Below, one piece after another: positions 59,783 to 64,000 of a stretch of 64,000 nt of DNA (position 1 is the stretch's first letter; each line of letters starts with the position of its first letter). This DNA is from Eledone cirrhosa (taxonomy: Eukaryota), in the NCBI GenBank assembly GCA_964016885.1, contig OZ024743.1, positions 2,852,001-2,916,000 on the forward strand, given 5' to 3'. The position numbers were made by a program, and so were the translations under genes. The notes beneath the pieces were generated by a model, which was given only the letters and a program-made list of their open reading frames with translations, had not been told where the DNA came from and did not search any database.

Positions 59783-61959
59783 TGATGTAAAGAAATATCC
59801 AGAATGTAAAGAAATATCAACAAATACCACAAGGCGTTTGGTCCAACCGATTCTGCCATCTGATCAGTTAATAAATGATTATAAGATTGATTTCTGTTAA
59901 ATTCTTCAAGGAAGATTATGCGACCCATTTCTTTTCCTTCTTCTAAATGTCAGTAATATTGTATAATTAATAAAGCTTCAGTTTATTTGGGCTAATGAGA
60001 AACCACTTAGTCTGGAGTCAATTAGTATTAATACAACTCTAAATAGTTTGATTTCCTCACAGTCAGAAAGAACACTTACTCTCTCTTTCTCTCTCTACAG
60101 ACAGAAAAGTTACTCTTTCTCTCTCTATAAAAAGAAGACTTACTCTTTCTATCGACAGACAAGTTATTCTTTTTCCTTCTTTGTCTTTCTTTCTCTCCCT
60201 CTCCCTCATTTTCCCCCTCGCTTCTGACAGACAAATACTCCTCCCCCCTACACACACATACACATACCCTTACTCTCTCTAGATGAGTTACCCTCTTCAC
60301 TTCTCCCCCACCCCCCTTCTCTCTCCAAGAACCAGAGAGTATAACTTTACTTTGAATCTAGAGCAGAGAAAAGTGAAGAGGCCATGGATTGCTGGTAGCA
60401 CACAGCTTCCTTCATCAAAACAAACTACTGTATGATAAACTTTCACAATAACCTCACTGTATGTAGAAATTTATTAGTATTAAACAATTAGAGAGAGAGA
60501 GAGAGAAGGGCGGCGGAGGGATGAGAACGAACAAAAAAAAGCAATGTTTAAGACTGTTGTCAACCAATCCTTCCCTTAATACACTGTGCTTTTTCTTTTT
60601 CTTCATAATCATCGATATACTTGACTGAAGAAGTTAAAAGTATTCACGTAATTGTTATTCCTGTTGTCCACTTGTTTATATAAAACATAATTCTTTTATA
60701 TCTATTTTATTTTTCGTCATTTACTTTCTGCCCACTTGTGTAAGACTAAACTAAACCACACTTCTTATTGCTCTTCACCAAACAACTATTTTATTTGTTT
60801 CTATGTTAAGGTTTTGTTGAGGTTTAACTCTTAATGCCCTGTACTACACGAAACTGCATTAGAAAGACATTCTTCAAAAGTACAAAACATCGCTATGACT
60901 GCATTACATTAAAAGTTAATGTCTTTATTTTAGCTTACTACAAATTTCCACAACAATCTGTCTACTAGAGAAGATTCTATAAACATTTAAATTAACAGAC
61001 TCTTTTTTAAAGACTTTTTCTGCTAAATACTTATAGGATGTTAGGGGTTTAAATAAAAATAAAATAATGATCCTTTTCTGAACCTTCTGTAGTTAACCTA
61101 TTTTACTCCTCGAATAAAAAGGTCATTAGGTCAAAATATTTCAGTGTCTTTAATGTGGCCAGTTTTGGTAGGCTGCGTTACCAAAGAATTTTTTTTTTTA
61201 GTATGTAATGAAAATATCTCATTTATTTGATAGTCTCAGTTACATAAATGACAACAACAAAAGCAACAACATTAACCGAACTACAAGCCACATATTTTGT
61301 CTATGGTTGATTGCGCGTGTGTGTGCGGTGTACGTATGTGTGCAATAATAAATTCATTAATGTACTCATGTATGTGGCAAGTCTAGTTTAATATCTCACC
61401 TGACAAGATGACATACATGACAGCATGACAGTTCTCTAAACTCTTTTGCTGCGATATTTTTATATATATATATCTGCGATCTCTCTCTCTCTCTCTCTAC
61501 TACCTTTGTGTTTTAATTATCAAAATAGTCAACAGTTATGAGAGGTTTAGTGAAATAAACTTTCACACGACAAATATTTAATTACACAATCTAATATTAT
61601 CTGGAATGTAATATAATATTTCAGTCCAAGGATTATGTAAGCATGAGAACATCTGCTTGACGTAAGAAACGTTGGGAAAATAGAAAATATAGACGTACCA
61701 AACCTAAATGACTACAGTAATAGTGAATCACTATAAATAATAGTTGAGAAAGTTGAGTGGAGTATCACCGGAGAGGCGAAAACTAAGTGTATAGAAACAC
61801 CTGTCTTCAGGGCTACTTCACCTGATTTTTCTAAACTTTTATTTATAGTCATGACTAGTTATATTCATTTACGTTGGGAACACTTAAAAAGACGCAGCTT
61901 TTGGCAGGTTAGTGTTTAAATGAAAACTGAGGTGATTCTAGCTGAATTTGAATATAGAA

Positions 61960-62310
61960 CAACCCCCTTTCGTTACCATATTTCTTATGAAAGACACTGT
62001 CTATAATTTCAAAAATAAGATTTGGAAAGATTTAGTAACATAATTATCTTTCTCATTAAGTTGGATCCTACATTAAATTATGATGGAAAGTTTTTAAATA
62101 AATATAAACACTTTAAACCCTTTTGTTACCATATTTTTAATGAAAGATATTGTCTATGGTTTTCAAATCATTTTGAAAATAATCAAGAATTTGAAAGGAT
62201 TTAGTAACATAATTTTCTTATTATTATTTTGGTATTTGGAACATCTTAACAAAGGTTCGTGCATAAAATTATGATGGAAGATTTTTTAGATAAATATAAA
62301 TACTTTAAAA
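61960..62310. mobile_element. Two tandem diverged copies of an AT-rich MITE-like repeat
   Basis: aaccc..tt(c/t)gttaccatattt...tgaaaga.a.tgtctat...gatttagtaacataatt...aaattatgatggaa at ~61961 and ~62116; inverted homolog at 4400-4910. Confidence 0.65.
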
Positions 62311-63559
62311 TAAATAGTCTTCTACTGAAGAATCAGGGGTGGTTTCAGGTGGTTTGTGACTAAAAGAGTTAACCTCCCTTCTTCAACCTTTCTTGATATT
62401 GCTGTTGTCATTGTATCTGTTCCATGCCCCACCTCCACCTTATATCACCCCCACCTCATTTTCCCTTATCATTGTAGCTGAACCATTTTCCATCCCACCT
62501 CCCAGACATTTTTCCTCTCCCCTTCTCGCTTCATTTTCCTATTCCATTACTTGATCTATAATAAATTTCATTATTCTAACTGCTCCCCCTCCTTGCTTTT
62601 GGTGATGAACCCAATGTCTTGCCCCTCTCCTTGTTCCCCACAGCTGTCCTACTTTAGTAAAAAAAAACCATTCACATCCACATCATAATGGCTGTTTATT
62701 CAATGGGATTCTTATATCATCTTTCTTCATTTCTTAATAAACACAGAAACTACCCCCTCTCTCTCCTTGAACACTTTTCAAACTAATTCTATCCACCACC
62801 TTTACCACAATCCCTACCAACACAACCTCCACCAAACACCACTTCTACAACCACCACCTCGACCACAACCACAATCAACAACACCTCCACAACCACCCCT
62901 CAACCACCACCAGCACAAATACTATGAAAAAGTGGGTGTAAAAAGTGATGAGAATGATGGGGGATAATGTATATATCTATCTATTTATCTATCTAACTAT
63001 TTATTTATTTATCTATCTATCTATCTATCGATTTGTGTGTTTGTAGGAGTGTATGTGTTTGTATGTGTACAATGTGTCTGTGTGTATGTCAGATTGTTTA
63101 AGTTTGTGACTGGGAGTGTTTATGTCTGTCTGCCTGTAGGAATGTATTATTACCATATGCAACAAGACATAGTGCAATATTTTTGTGTGGTGAAATGCTA
63201 AAAGGAATTGTATTTGTTTTGTTCTTTATCCCTTTTGATGCCAAACCACATGAAACTGCATCTTGTTTTGTTAAGTGTTATATTTATTTATAGATCTTCC
63301 ATCATAATTATATGTAAACCTAATAATGAGAAAGTTAGTTATATTACAAAAGCCCTCCAAATTCTTGATTCTTTTTTTCTCTTCTTTTAATGACCAAGTT
63401 ATTTTATTTTTCAAAGCTGTTTATACAAAAGTAAAACGCTATTAAATGGGGGGAAAAAAGGAAATGAAAAGAAGAAAAATAAAAAAGAATCAAGCAACAA
63501 AAGAAAGAGAAAGGGTGAGGGACAGACACTACACCCTTGTCTGAGTGGTGTCTCAGCCG

Positions 63560-63885
63560 CGCTCTGCAGACAAAATGGCAAAGCATTACCACAGAGAATA
63601 GCCTGAGAGACCTGCTGCAACAGCCACCCCACCTCATAGGACTCCGTCCTCAAGTGGACTACTGTTGTTTCTGATTTCACAGAGGAAATCAGCAGTGTGG
63701 GGACTAAGGACAACAGATGTCTCGACAGAGACCCTGTACAAAGCGGAAGTGGTCGGTCAGGCCCTGGTATTTAACTGTCTTCTTCTTCTCTGCATTGTGG
63801 GCAGCAGAATGACAAGTTTGGAGGCAGAAAATGAGTCATAGCGCATCATGTCCCAAATCAGGGATTTTCTGGCATGTTTGCATGT
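63560..63885 (-). mobile_element. Decayed CRE-like non-LTR retrotransposon endonuclease fragment
   Basis: Manual minus-strand translation across frameshifts: KSLIWD..YDSFSAS, SAAHNAEKKKTVKYQGLTDHFRFV, VSVETSVVLSPHTADFLCEI, EVGWLLQQVSQAILCGNA, matching the WD / AExxKxxKY / VETxG / QRxSxAxxRGNA series of RLE-bearing CRE-like LINEs. Confidence 0.75.
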
Positions 63886-64000
63886 CTACAAATTATATAT
63901 GTGTATATATTTATACATATTGGTGCAGTCTCTGTTGACATAACTTTATCATACATTTTGGCTAATTATATGCAAATTTGTATGTCCATTTTAGAATAAT

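Overview
Eukaryotic, AT-rich, repeat-saturated, non-genic (intergenic or intronic) DNA. The mix of microsatellites, tRNA/CORE-type SINEs and RTE-type (GAT)n tails resembles cephalopod (Octopus-like) genomes; this is an inference. No intact host protein-coding gene is supported. About 56% of the window is one 45/46-bp satellite (17861-53602, roughly 780 units, with nested higher-order repeats), plus a 47-bp array (14237-15834) and a 69-bp array (58258-59200). Decayed LINE fragments of three kinds are recognisable by protein motifs (RTE, R4/Dong-like, CRE-like), with many SINEs and TTAA- or TA-flanked MITEs. Two observations stand out. (1) The 47-bp and 46-bp satellites both sit directly upstream of the same RTE-type 3' tail and are homologous to a ~48-bp module present in 1-2 copies in the dispersed LINE/SINE tails of this window, so the retroposon tail appears to seed satellites repeatedly. 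(2) Three unrelated non-coding inserts beside (TA)n tracts carry hammerhead-ribozyme-like cores (CTGANGA...GAAA); two are near-perfect spacerless palindromes with a one-sided tail, as expected for Penelope-like retroelement or retrozyme relics.
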